Below, piece after piece: positions 13,490-26,224 of a stretch of 64,000 nucleotides of DNA. The stretch's first letter is position 1, and each line of letters begins with the position of its first letter. Position numbers and translations under genes: made by a program. This stretch comes from Pristiophorus japonicus (lineage: Eukaryota), in the NCBI RefSeq assembly GCF_044704955.1, contig NC_091981.1, positions 177,940,001-178,004,000 on the forward strand. The letters run 5' to 3'. The notes beneath the pieces were generated by a model that was given only the letters and a program-made list of their open reading frames with translations, had not been told where the DNA came from and ran no database searches.

Positions 13490-13700
13490 AATAGCCCAGT
13501 AGATGAGCACACCATGTGGTTTGATACTGAGCCACACTGAGGGGTACGGTCTCAAGTTTGATCCCTGGTCTACACTGAGTTAATTGATCTCAGACAGTGG
13601 GAGCAATACTCTCGGCATCAGTGGAATATGAAAGGATTAAGTTAGTCAGGATTCTGGATTTGGATCACTGTCCAGTCACCTCTTCCAAACATTGCTGTGT
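13490..13700 (+). mobile_element. tRNA-derived SINE fragment
   Basis: B-box-like caagtttgatccctgg; related minus-strand pieces at about 14920-15115 and 15515-15600. Confidence 0.45.
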
Positions 13701-13810
13701 TACTGAAAGGTGAAAATACTGTGTAATAAAAATTCAATGTCATTTATTCATCTTCTTAAATCAGTGGTCCTGATAATTTATTGTGTACTACACATGTCCT
13801 CTGCAATTAA

Positions 13811-14060
13811 GAGCAAATACTCCAGAAATCAATTATCTGATTTCTGTTATTTTAATAACTTAATTTTCTCTCCTTTCTGTGATGCCCCCATATACAAATA
13901 GTCCGTCGACAATAACTGCCTGTACTCATACATGAAAAATGACCCCCTCAGCAAAATTCCAGGAGATACCCAAGCATGGTCTTTCACTCTCAGGAAAGGA
14001 GAGAAAATTAAGTAAATAAAATAGCAGGAATCAGATAATTGATTTCAGGGGTATTTGCTC
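13811..14060. mobile_element. 250-bp MITE with TIRs of about 70 bp, flanked by TTAA (Kolobok/piggyBac-type target)
   Basis: TTAA|GAGCAAATAC...GTATTTGCTC|TTAA. Confidence 0.8.
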
Positions 14061-15119
14061 TTAAACTCTGGGAAAGTAGTCACCAGTAGTCTTGTGCTGT
14101 AATGGGAGAACCTCAGATTCACCCCTGACTTCTAGAAGGTGCTAGGCTTATTTTACACTTTCAGTTCAACCTCATGCCAAGGATTACTAGAGCTATAATT
14201 TGCCACAGGCAACTTGTGATAAAGGCAGCTGGTAGAGGAATAGAATATCACCCCCTGCTCCTAAAAATGTCACCTCAGACAGTCACACAGAGTTCTGGCA
14301 AGCATTACATCACAAGGCACAAGACTGGAGGGCCATGACCAGCAGACATCCCCTAGTGCGGCCCCCTCCATATTTAGAGTAGGAAAACAAAGCCAGCACT
14401 CGTGCTCCCCTTGCCTGTAGCCACATGTTTGTGTTGAATGGCGTCCAAGGCTTGCTTCTGTCCCAATAAGAAAGGGGACACTGTGAACATGATCCTCCCC
14501 TGCTTTGAGTTTATACTTAAGAGGAATACCAGAGAGGGGCTCGTCCGTCAGGGAATGCAGGTTGTCCCAGATAAACTTACAAGTGGAAACTTCTACACAT
14601 GCTTCAAGTGTCTGTTAATAATGAAGCAATGTCTGCAATGATTGTGCAAATACATTAATATTTTACACAGTTAAGAAAAACAGACATCTGATTGGTACGG
14701 AAAAATATTTTGATAATATCTAAAAGTTTTGTTATCAAAATCTTTTAAATCTTTACTGCCTGATCAAGTCTCAAAAAACGTCTCACAGAATGCCACTGAC
14801 AGGGTGGCGTACTGGAAAATTATTCAGGGAAAAGCCTAAATATGTAACGGGCCTGCTTAAATTAATTGATAATGTCAGCTATTTTTCCGGGTACCAGCTA
14901 CCCTCTGACACCTTGACATTCTTCCTCTGGCAATGAATAGTGGTCTGCTATTTGGCCATGTAAATATCACCGCTGAACCCAATCTCACCCCATTTGGCAA
15001 CTACACACATGCACACATTTCAGCAAGTGTTACTGAATCAAGATTGGGAGCGGGGTCCCGAGCTGATATTTTGTCCTTTAGTCCGGTAGTGGCCTGTCAC
15101 TACTGCCCCCGGCTATGAT

Positions 15120-15512
15120 CCGGGTTATGAGGAAACACTAGAGAAACTGAGCTCTTGTTCTTGGAAAGAAGGCTTCTGAAAGGTGATCTTATAGAGGTGT
15201 ATAAGATAGTTAAGGATATGGAAAAGATAAATCCACTATACGACTTTAAATAAGGCTACAAGTGTAGGACAAGGGGACACGGGTTCAAACTAATAAAAGG
15301 TAAATTTAGGATTGACGTCAGAAAATTATTTTTCAGACACCGAGTGCTAAACATGGAATAAAACTTTCAGAAAGAGTTTTGAATGTGAAAACCGTGGAAT
15401 AATTTAAGAAATAATTGGATAGTGCATGGGGGGTGGGGGCTTTAGGGTCTTTCTGGATGGATGAATTAAGATCAATGACTTTCCTCATCTATAATTATCT
15501 TGTAATTTCATG
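15120..15512 (+). mobile_element. Old CR1 3' fragment
   Basis: YEETLEKL.L.FLERRLLKGDLIEVYKI; RTRGHGFKL. Confidence 0.75.
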
Positions 15513-16309
15513 ATCAATTGACTCAGCACAGACACAGAATCAAACCTGGGGCCTTCCTGGCCTGTATGAGTCGGTTCCACATTAAGCAGTTCACTTATCA
15601 ACAATGAATATTCCCACCAATCTTTTCACTGTTCTTTTACACAAGTAAAAGCGAAAGAAAGCTAATCGATAGATGATGGGATTAGTAGAGGTTGCATTCA
15701 ATTGCATCTTATAGAGTCAGCACCGGGGCTGGACGTTTGGGCAGAGATAGGCAGTGCTGGTCCCTGGCCCATTTTACACTGCCCGATCACTTCTGGTCTG
15801 GTGGTGACCCCAATGCATTGCAGTCTTGCTGAAAACTGGTGCGATGCTGAATGAAATATTTTAATGTGGCACAATGAGCTGCTGAGACAGAGCGTGTACT
15901 CCTGGCTGCTCCTCCTGGCTCGATCTTAAATCTGCGGCCCACCACTTGCCCCCTCGCCCCCCCGTTCCAGTAGCCTACTTCCCTCAGATTCTGCTGAGGA
16001 CTTCGGCCTGTGTTTGTACCGGCCGAACTTGCTGCAGCTCAACAGTACTATCCTAATGAGGCCAACAGACCAATTTGCTGTGGCCCTGTCAGCCTCATTG
16101 GGAGTGTGCGCTGCCATTCACGCACGATCACATTTCTAGCCCAATGTTTCTGAAAGCATAAAGGGAGTGTGGAATTTCCTTGATGTTGCACTCTGCACTG
16201 TGATAGACCAGAACAATCTCATTTGGAAAGTTTTTTTTCTGCAAGTTATACTTCATTCGCTTGTTCTTCAGGCATTAGTGTTCAAGTTTTACATATCATT
16301 TTGTTCTTA

Positions 16310-16920
16310 CAATGAAAATGCCAGCCTGGGACTCGCTTTGGGAATCCCACTGTATTTATGTGACCTGGAGGAAAAAGAGGACACGCAAAGGAAGATGCAC
16401 CACATCATCAACTACTCGCCTAGCCACATATCTCAGCTGAGACAATCATACTTCAATATGTCAGAGGAACAGTAGCTCAGGAGGCTGTGCTTCAGCAGAG
16501 AGTCTGCGATAGGCTTGAAGCCGACCAGCAGCCGCACTCCGGCATAGGCTATTTTCTACCTGTCAGGATCCTTCCAGGCTCCCACAGGGGACATCACTCA
16601 CCTCTACCAGTCTGCTGTCCACAGCAACATACCATAGGGATCATAAAGCAACGCTTCAGACTGTTCAAGGGGGTGGGGGAGGGGGCGCAGTGCTGCAGTG
16701 CATCCTATCAAAGACTTTCACATCACTGTGGTGTGATGCATGTTGCACAATTGTGCCCGGCAGAGGGGAATTCACATGGAGCTGTTGTACGAAGAATGGA
16801 GCTCATCAAAACTACAAGATCCCCATAATTAGGAAGACACAGAATAAATAGTTGCAGAAGAACCTGTGCAGCCTACGCAAGGCCTGAGGCAAATTCTCAT
16901 AGATCATACCTTCAGCTAAA
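16310..16920 (+). pseudogene. Internally deleted Harbinger (HARBI1-like) transposase remnant
   Basis: SYFNMSEEQ*LRRL, FYLSGSFQ, TIGIIKQRFR and an MLHN-like motif. Confidence 0.7.
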
Positions 16921-17391
16921 TATTCCATGGCCTACAATGCAATGTCGTTTTACTCATACAATGGCCAGTTGCATCCGACTCAACATTGTTCAGTGGTGCA
17001 TCTCAAGTCCCATTTATCTCGTTCCTTCCCTCTGATGAACCCAAGACAATAACAACAACCCCCAGGGCTCATTTTCTGAGTATGAGCTGGCGTTGGAGAA
17101 ACTCATTTGATGACAAACTCATTTGATGACAGCAAATATCAGTAATCCTGGGGCAGAGCCAAGATCCCTGCCACCATCACACACTCACTGGACACATAAT
17201 TACTGAATGCTGCCAAATAGTTATTCACCATAAGTGTTTTGTGTGTGTGGCCCTGCTTGCCTTTTCTGAAACAACATGATTATACACATTTGAACCTAGT
17301 CTACTCCTTTTACATGCTCCCCCTTGAGTTTGGTCTTCAGATTGTGGCAGGGTCAAGGTGTGGAACAGTCCAGAGAACCACAACACTTATT

Positions 17392-19329
17392 GGGCCCAAG
17401 TTTCGGGCCGCGCCAGACGCCCGTTTTTCGCGCCAGAAAGTGCGCCTAAAAAAAACTTACCTATTCTCTGGCTCCCTGCAGGTCCTCTGGAGCTGGGCGC
17501 AGCGCAGCACGAGCTGTAGGGGGCGGAGCCAGGTCCCTGTGCTGAAAACAGTGCTGGGACCTCTGCACATGCATGTGCAGTAGCTCCAGGCGCCCATAGC
17601 TGTGGGAGAGGCCCGAAGCACGCAGCCCCTAGCCGCACTGGGGCTGCGTGAATAAGGCTCCTCCCACCCGACCTGACCCCCGCTCCCCCCCCCCCCTCCG
17701 GCGATCCGACCTCCGCTCCCCTCCCCCCCCCTCCGGATCTCCGCGACTCTCTCTCCCCCCCGGACCGCCGCGACTCTCTCTCCCCTCCCCCCGCCGGACC
17801 TCCGCGACTCTCTTCCCCCTCCCCCCGCCGGACCTCCGCGACTCTCTCTCACTCCCCAGACCTCTGCGACTCTCTCTTTCCCCCCACCCCTCCCGACCTC
17901 TGCGATCCCACCGAGACCCGACGCCACCTACCTGTAAATCCAGCCCGAGGTCTTGGGCCCGGCTGTTCAGCCTCCTTNNNNNNNNNNNNNNNNNNNNNNN
18001 NNNNNNNNNNNNNNNNNNNNNNNNNNNNNNNNNNNNNNNNNNNNNNNNNNNNNNNNNNNNNNNNNNNNNNNNNNNNNNNNNNNNNNNNNNNNNNNNNNNN
18101 NNNNNNNTCCCTCCTCTTTCCCTCCTCTCTCCTTCCCTCCCTTCCTCCTCTCTCCTTCCCTCCCTCCCTCCTTCCTTCCCTCCCTTCCTACATCCTCTCT
18201 CCTTCTCCCCCTCTCCCTTCCCCCCACTCCCCCCTCTTCTCCCCCCCTTCTCTCCCCATTCCCCTCTCTCCTCCCCTTCTCCCCCTCTCCCCCCCTTCTC
18301 CCCCTCTCTCCCCCCCTTCTCCCCCTCTCTCCCCCCTCTTCTCCCCCTCTCCCCGCTTCTCCCCCTCTCCTCCCCTTCTCCCCCTCTCCCCCCTTCTCCT
18401 CCTCTCCCCCCCTTCTCCTCTTCTCCCCCCTTCTCCTCCTCTCCTCCCCTTCTCCTTGCCCCTCCTCTCCTCCTCCCACCCCCCACCCCATCTCCTCCCC
18501 TCCCACCCCCCTACCCCTCCCACCCCCCTTCTCCCCCTCCCACCCCCTTCTCTCCCCCCACCCCCTTCTCCCCCTCCTCCCCTCCCCCCTTCTCCCCTTC
18601 TCCCCCTCCCCCTTCTCCCCCTCCACCCTTCTCCCCCTCCTCCCCCACCCCCCTTCTCCCCCTCCCCCTCCCCCTCCCACCCCCCTTCTCCCCCTCCCCT
18701 CACTGTCAGAAACACAGATACTGACAGACAGAGAGTGAGAGACACACACACAGACAGACAGAGAGATAGAGACACTGACAGAGACACACTGGGGGGGCCG
18801 TTCCAGCACGCTGTTGGAGGACTCCCGGTGCTGCAGTCGGTAAGTAGAAAATGTTTTATTTATTGATTTTTAAAAAAATATATTTTTTTAATTAATTTTT
18901 TTTGATTGATTTATTGGTTGATTTATTGATCTATTTATCATTTATTATTGATGATGGCTCTTTATTTGTAAAACTGAAGTGTTTAATGTTTGTAAACTTC
19001 CCTTTAAACCCCCCCCCCCCATTCCCTACACCTAATTTGTAACATACGCCTGATTTTCTAAAGTGTCGACAAGGTTTTTTCCAACGTACAAAAATCTTCA
19101 GTTATTCTAAGTTAATTTGGAGTAAGTTTTCACTGCCTAAACTTTGAAAACAGGCGTAAGTGGCCGGACACGCCCCCTTTTGAAAAAAAAATTCTGTTCC
19201 AAAGTGAAACTGTTCTAACTGACTAGAACTGAAGCAAACTAAATGCCGAGAATTCAAATTTCTAAGATACTCCGTTCTAAACCAGTTGCTCCAAAAAAAC
19301 AGGAGCAACTCAGGCCGAAACTTGGCCCC
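17392..19329. mobile_element. Non-autonomous Harbinger-type element (family A, copy 2, inverted relative to copy 1)
   Basis: TIR GGG(C/G)CCAAGTTTCGG, TSD ATT; left arm matches the rc of 9110-9443; internal CT-rich tract and a 130-N gap. Confidence 0.88.
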
Positions 19330-19396
19330 ATTGTGTCAGCTAGAGCCATGCTCTCTGCACTTCTGAAACAACATTACAATAGATCTGTGAAGCTCT

Positions 19397-20109
19397 ATAG
19401 GGCAATAATAGTAGGGGATTTCAACTACCCTAATATTAACTGGGATAACATTAGTGTGAAAGGTATAGAGGGAGCAAAATTCCTAAAATGCATTCAGGAG
19501 AACTTTTTTAGCCAGTGTGTAACAAGCCCAAGGGAAGGGGCAGTTCTGGACTTAATTTTAGGGAATGAAGCTGGGCAGGTGGAAGGGGTATCAGTGGGAG
19601 AGCATTTTGGTGCTAGTGATCATAATTCAGCTAGATTTAGGGTAGTTATGGAAAAGGACAAAGATGGACCAGGAATAAAAGTTCTCAATTGGGGAAAAGC
19701 CAATTTTGATAAGCTGAGATGTGACTTAGCCAAAGTGGACTGGAAACAGCTACTTGAAGGTAAATCAGTGACTGAGCAGTGGGAGTTATTCAAGGAGGAG
19801 ATAGTGAGGGTTCAGAGCAAGTATGTTTCCCTAAAGAAAAAGGGGGGACTAACAAATCTAGAGCCACCTCGATTTCAAAGGACATACAGGGTAGGATAAA
19901 GAAAATGACAGATACCGAGAGCTCAATACTGCAGAAACTCGACAGGAGTACAGAAAGTGCAGGGGTGCAATTAAAAATGAAATTAGGAAAGCAAAGAGAA
20001 ACATGAAACAATTTTGTCAAGTAAAATCAAGGAAAACCCAAAGATGTTTTATAAATGCATTAGGAGTAAGAGGATAACTAAAGAAACAGTGGGGCCTATT
20101 AGAGACCAT
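19397..20109 (+). mobile_element. CR1 ORF2 fragment (endonuclease C-terminus and tether)
   Basis: IVGDFNYPNINW, LDLILGN, GASDHN. Confidence 0.88.
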
Positions 20110-21430
20110 GGGCTAGAACCTCCACTTTTGAGCTTATCGCCCAAAAATGGGCGTTATTTCCGGCGTGGGCATTAAAAAAGGGTTTTCAGATCACCGGCTT
20201 CTCACTCATTCGCAAAACACCTCGTTTACATTTTTGAAAATGGGCGTTACTGCGAGCGATATCAAATGGGCGGTATCATTAAATTTTTCTGACCTTCTGC
20301 CATAAAGTGTGGCCATCCTTAGCAACGGCATGGCAACGCACGATTCACACGATTCAGGAGGTCAAGGGTCATCATGACATGCACAGAAGAGGAGACAGAG
20401 AGAGGGAGCTCAGAGGCACTGAAAGCGTGTGTGGCTGTGGTGTGTGCTTGTCTGGCTGTTGTGGGAGGAACAACAGAGATTCACCAGTAGCAAAAAGCCC
20501 ACTAAGCACCAAGAACATAGTTGGCACCGAGTTTTTGTCCAACGAGTAACATATAAAATGGAAGGGTTGGAGGAGGCCCTGGAGCTGGTAGCCAGAAACA
20601 GTGGCTCCCAGTGGACCCAAGGTGCCGCACCCCCATTGCCAACCACACGAGAGCCAGCAGCGACATCTTGCTTATGGCTCGGAGCACGTTCCCATCTTGG
20701 AACCGTTCTCTCCCGTATCCATCCAAGCAGCGCTTCGGCCTTCACTGCGCTCCCCCCAATGAAGCATAGCCTGAGGAGCTCCTCGGCCAGGCGGCTTGGA
20801 GTCAGGAGGGGAAGGAATAGAGGTGGGGACGAGAAGCGGGTGGGGGGGGGAGGGGGGCGGAGGGAAAAGGGTTGGTTTGTACAGAAATACGAATGATTTC
20901 AGACTAATGTTCAGTTTAAATGTTTCTTATTTAACAAAACCTTGCAGCACATTGGCATTGGCTCAGATAGCTGCACTAAAACACACTGGTGATTCCTTAA
21001 CATCAAAAGGTCTAATCAAACTTAACTTCAATCAACTTAAACTTTAACTGCCCATCCTTGATGTATGACCTGCACACCCAGTAGTGTGTCAGCCTTGTAA
21101 ATAATACCAATGTTCTTTCAGGCAAAACGATCATTGATGAGCTCCTGATGTAAGGCTCTTGCAGCTATCATACCACCATGGGCCCTTTCATGCGGTCTAC
21201 AGGGGGCAGGGGCATGGCTTCAGCGTCAGCCTGATTGTCTGGGCTGATGTCAGCGTCCACCTCCTCATCCTCCTCTTCCTCTCTCTGGTGAGGTGGACTG
21301 TCAGATTCATCAGGCAATTCTTGTCCCCTGCTGATAGCCAAGTTGTGTAGCATGGAGCAGCCCACCACGAATTGAGCTACCTGCTCAGGGTGGTATTGGA
21401 ACTCACCTTCTGAATGGTCCAGGCATCTGA
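20110..21430. mobile_element. Truncated Harbinger element (left TIR plus transposase C-terminus on minus strand)
   Basis: Starts GGGCTAG; minus strand FRCLDHSEGEFQY..CSMLHNLAISRG plus an acidic tail. Confidence 0.8.
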
Positions 21431-22575
21431 AACATAGAAACATAGAAAATAGGTGCAGGAGTAGGCCATTCGGCTCTTCGAGCCTGCACCGCCATTCAAT
21501 GAGTTCATGGCTGAACATGCAATTTCAGTACCCCATTTCTGCTTTCTCGCCATACCCCTTGATCCCCCTAGTAGTAAGGACTACATCTAACTCCTTTTTG
21601 AATATATTTAGTGAATTGGCCTCAACAACTTTCTGTGGTAGAGAATTCCACAGGTTCACCACTCTCTGGGTGAAGAGGTTTCTCCTCATCTCAGTCCTAA
21701 ATGGCTTACTGCTTATCCTTAGACTGTGACCTCTGGTTCTGGACTTCCCCAACATTGGGAACATTCTTCCTGCGTCTAACCTGTCTAAACCCATCAGAAT
21801 TTTAAATGTTTCAATGAGATCCCCTCTCATTCTTCTGAACTCCAGTGAATACAAGCCCAGTTGATCCAGTCTTTCTTGATATGTCAGTCCCGCCATCCCG
21901 GGAATCAGTCTGGTGAACCTTCGCTGCATTCCCTCAATAGCAAGAATATCCTTCCTCAAGTTAGGAGACCAAAACTGTACACAATACTCCAGGTGTGGCC
22001 TCACCAAGGCCCCGTACAACTGTAGTAACACCTCCCTGCCCCTGTACTCAAATCCCCTCGCTATGAAGGCCAACATGCCATTTGCTTTCTTAACCGCCTG
22101 CTGTACCTGCATGCCAACCTTCAATGACTGATGTACCATGACACCCAGGTCTCGTTGCACCTCCCCTTTTCCTAATCTGTCACCATTCAGATAATAGTCT
22201 GTCTCTCTGTTTTTACCACCAAAGTGGATAACCTCACATTTATCCACATTATACTTCATCTGCCATGCATTTGCCCACTCACCTAACCTATCCAAGTCAC
22301 TCTGCAGCCTCATAGCATCCTCCTCGCAGCTCACACTGCCACCCAGCTTAGTGTCATCTACAAATTTGGAGATACTTCATTTAATCCCCTCCTCTAAATC
22401 ATTAATGTACAATGTAAACAGCTGGGGCCCCAGCACAGAACCTTGCGGTATCCCACTAGTCACTGCCTGCCATTCTGAAAAGTACCCATTTACTCCTACT
22501 CTTTGCTTCCTGTCTGACAACCAGTTCTCAATCCACGTCAGCACACTACCCCCAATCCCATGTGTTTTAACTTTG
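21430..22575 (-). mobile_element. CR1 3' fragment
   Basis: [29 protein letters not shown]; (TTTCTATG)n tail. Confidence 0.93.
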
Positions 22576-23864
22576 TCAAGGCCAAAGAAAGTGTGAAACT
22601 TTGTCATATTCCTTCTTTAAGTTCCTTTTTATGTATGAAAATTAAAGTTTGAAGCCACCAAACCATCCTTTAGACACAATAGGTGCAACATTTTCTAAGA
22701 ATGCAATTGTGGAAGCTTTTCAATTTTCAATGTAACTCATTATGATGCCATAAAGATCCATTCAAAAGTCTAGAACTACAGTGCAGGTTTCAATGGGAAA
22801 AAATAAATAAAAGTCACTTCAAAATCACCATAAAGCATTAGAAATATGACTTTGGGTGCTGTTGTTCCTCAAATTTTAGGCGGACATTTGCAGCTTATTC
22901 AGAACTGGCAAAAATGCGGGAAACTCGCATTCTCTGGTCTGTTCCACAGGTGACCAAGTGATGTTAATGACCGGTGAAGGTTTTCAGTAGAGATTCTGAT
23001 AAATTGGTGCAAAAGGTCAAGAACACTGGAGCATGGTGTAAAAATAGGCCTCAGTCACTTACACCCAAATTCTCTCCATTCTCCAAAATCAGCATTTTCA
23101 GGAATTTCCAGATGAACAGTAATAAAAACCCACTTAAGTATTAGAAGTGGTTTTATTATGGTAATGTTACCCTACCTAACAAACTTTAGGTTTGAAACAT
23201 GCAAACACTTTTCACCACCCCACCTTCTCTTTCTTTTTCTTCTCTTTTCTTTTATTCCCCATTCTCTCATCATTCCATTTTTAGTATTTTGACTCAATTT
23301 CTAAGCACCGGGCTTTACTTTATTATCCTATAACGTTCCTTCTTTATTTGTTACTTGTTGGTTCACCTGTTTTCCTTTCGCTTTCTGTGTTCCACTATTC
23401 TACATTGGGAGAAGCCACTGCCACAAACCAGAATGCTGGCCTAAGAACCTCCAGAGAGGACTCAAGGGAGCTGGGAATGGTATTATTTTGGAGCAATTTG
23501 AAGGAGGGCTATTAATTTTGCAACAAGTATGTGGAACAAATTGGCTAGAGAGTCAATTAACTCTGCAAACTGTACCCAGTCCAATTGCATAATATTAAGC
23601 AAGATCACCATGTATGTGTACACCTGGGAATTACCAGAGTATATATGGGCATGGACTTTGTCAGTTACTTTATGAAGCAGACACATAACCTCATCCAACA
23701 GGCCCTGGGATGATAATGAAATTATGCTTATCGTGAAGCCCAGAAGGTGCCATATAGAGGGCTGTTTCTTGTTGCATGATCTACTTCCAACGAGCCCTTT
23801 ATTCCCAATGTGGAACCTCATCTGCTAGAATTCACGTACGTGCTTCCCACAAAAAGGTGTGGAA

Positions 23865-24686
23865 AATAGTTCACGTCCAACGTGGACCATTTTCCATACC
23901 TCGGGAGCCTACTACCAGTAAGGGCAGACATCGATGACGGTGTCCAACACCACCTCCAGTGTGCCAGCGCAGCCTTCGGTCGTCTGAGGAAGAGAGTATT
24001 TGAAGACCGGGTCCTCAAATCTGGCACCAAGCTTCTGGTCTACAGGGCAGTAGTGATACCCGCCCTTCTATATGGCTAAGAGACGTGGACTATATACACC
24101 AGACACCTCAAATCGCTGGAGAAACACCATCAGCGTTGCCTCCATAAGATCCTGCAAATCCACTGGGAGGATAGATGCAGCAACGTCAGCGTTCTCGATC
24201 AGGCCAACATCCCCAGCATCGAAGCACTCACCACACTCAAGCAGCTCCGTTGGGTGGGCCACATTGTCTGCATGCCCGACACGAAACTCCCAAAGCAAGC
24301 GCTCTACTTGGAACTCTTACACGGCAAGCGAGCCCCAGGTGGGCAGAGGAAACATTTCAAGGACACCCTCAAAGCCTCCTTGATTAGGTCCAACATCCCC
24401 ACCGGCACCTGGGAATCCCTGGCCAAAGACCGCCCTAAGAGCATCCGGGAGGGCAGTGAGTACCTCGAGTCTCGTTGCTGAGAGCATGCAGAAACCAAGT
24501 GCAGACAGCGGAAGGAGCGTGCGGCAAACCAGACTCACCACCCACCCTTTCCTTTAACGACCGTCTGTCCCACCTGTGACAGAGACTGTAATTCCCGTAT
24601 TGGACCATACAGCCACCTGAGAATTCATTTTTAGAGTGGAAGCAAATCTTCCTCGATTTTGAGGGACTGCCTATGATGATGATAAT
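23865..24686 (+). mobile_element. RTE-clade LINE 3' fragment
   Basis: FPYLGS, AFGRLRKRVF, LLYG*ETW, C-terminal CPTC..H..H, (TGA)n tail; possible TSD TTCCCACA. Confidence 0.9.
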
Positions 24687-24929
24687 GGTTCCCACAATCT
24701 TCCATCCATGAATCACCCCACGATTTCTAATTATTGATTATTTTTATTCCCTATTGAACTACTTATGCAGTTTTATGCATTCCCTTCTAATAGTGTATAT
24801 TCCACTATGCTCAAACTCGTTTACTACTCTATCTCCATTACCTCTCTTTACCTGCACCCCACACACTCCACCTACAATTTCAGGACAAAGAATTTAGTAT
24901 CCCGGAACTCCATTTTTAATCCCTCCGAT

Positions 24930-26224
24930 CAGGTTTCTTCCCCTGCCACAGTAACGAATTAGCTATCATCAAAGTTACAAATGACACCCTTTATGACTGT
25001 GACAAAGGTAAACTAACCCTCCTTGTCCCTCACGACTTGTCTGCAGCCTTTGACAAGGTTGACCACTCCATCCTTCTCTAACGCCTCTCCACCGTCATCC
25101 AGCTGGATGGGATTGCACTCACCTGGTTCCATCCTTATCTATCTAATCGGCGCCAGAAAATCACCTGCAACGGCTTCTCTTCCCGCTCCCGCATTGTTAC
25201 CTCTGGTGTCCCCCAAGAATCTATCCTTGGCCCCCTCTTATTTCTCATTTACATTTTGCCCCCGGCGACATCATCCAAAGATACAGCGTCAGTTTCCAGC
25301 TGTACACTGACGACACCCAGCTCTACCTCTCCACCACTTCTCTCGACCCCGCCACGGTCTCTAAATTGTCAGACTGCTTGTCCGACATCCAGGACTGGAA
25401 GAGCAGAAATTTTCTCCAATTAATTATTGGGAAGACGAAGTCACAAACTCCGTTCCCTAGCCATTGACTCCATCCCTCTCCCTAGTATCTATCTGAGGCT
25501 GATCCACACTATTCACAACCTTGGTGTCACACTTGATCCTGAAATGAGCTTCCGACCACATATCCGCGGATTAACTAAGACCATCTATTTTCACCTCCAT
25601 AACATCACCTGTCTCTACCCCGTCTCAGCTCTTCTGCTGCTGAAACTCTCATCCATGCCTTTGTTACCTCTAGACTTGACTATTCCAATGCATTCCTGGC
25701 TGGCCTCCCACATTCTACCCTACGTAAACTTGAGGTCATCCAAACGCGGCTGCCCATATCTTAACTCGCACCAAGTCCTGTTCACCCATCACCCCTGTGC
25801 TCACTGACCTACTTTGGCTCCCGGTTAAGCAACACATTGATTTCAAAATTCTCATCCTTATTTTCAAATCCCTCCATGGTCTCGCCCCGCCCGATCTCTG
25901 TAATCTCCTCCAGCCCACAACCCCCTCCCTTGCGAGATATCTGCGCTCCTCTAATTCTGCCCTCTTGAGCATCCCCGATTATAATCACTCAACCATTGGT
26001 AGCCATGCCTTCAGCTGCCTGGGCCCTAAGCTCTGGCATTCCCTCCGTAAACCTCTCTGCCTCTCTTTCGTCCTTTAAGACACTCCTTAAAACCTAGCTC
26101 TTTGACCTCTGTCCTAATTTCTCCTTATGTGGCTCGGTGTCAAATTTTGTTTTATAATGCTCCTGTGAAACACCTTGGGATGTATTACATTAAAGGCACT
26201 ATATAAATACAAGTTGTTGTTGTT
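24930..26224 (+). mobile_element. L2 LINE 3' part with RT
   Basis: [24 protein letters not shown]; tail tataaatacaagttgttgttgtt. Confidence 0.92.

Noticed and set aside
17629-18866. Long Pro/Ser- and Gly/Glu/Arg-rich ORFs
   Set aside because: Translations of a CT-rich low-complexity tract, several running through an N gap.
23480-23850. Possible decayed coding sequence or 112-aa minus-strand ORF
   Set aside because: No recognisable motif and several stops in the plus frame; it cannot be assigned without a search.
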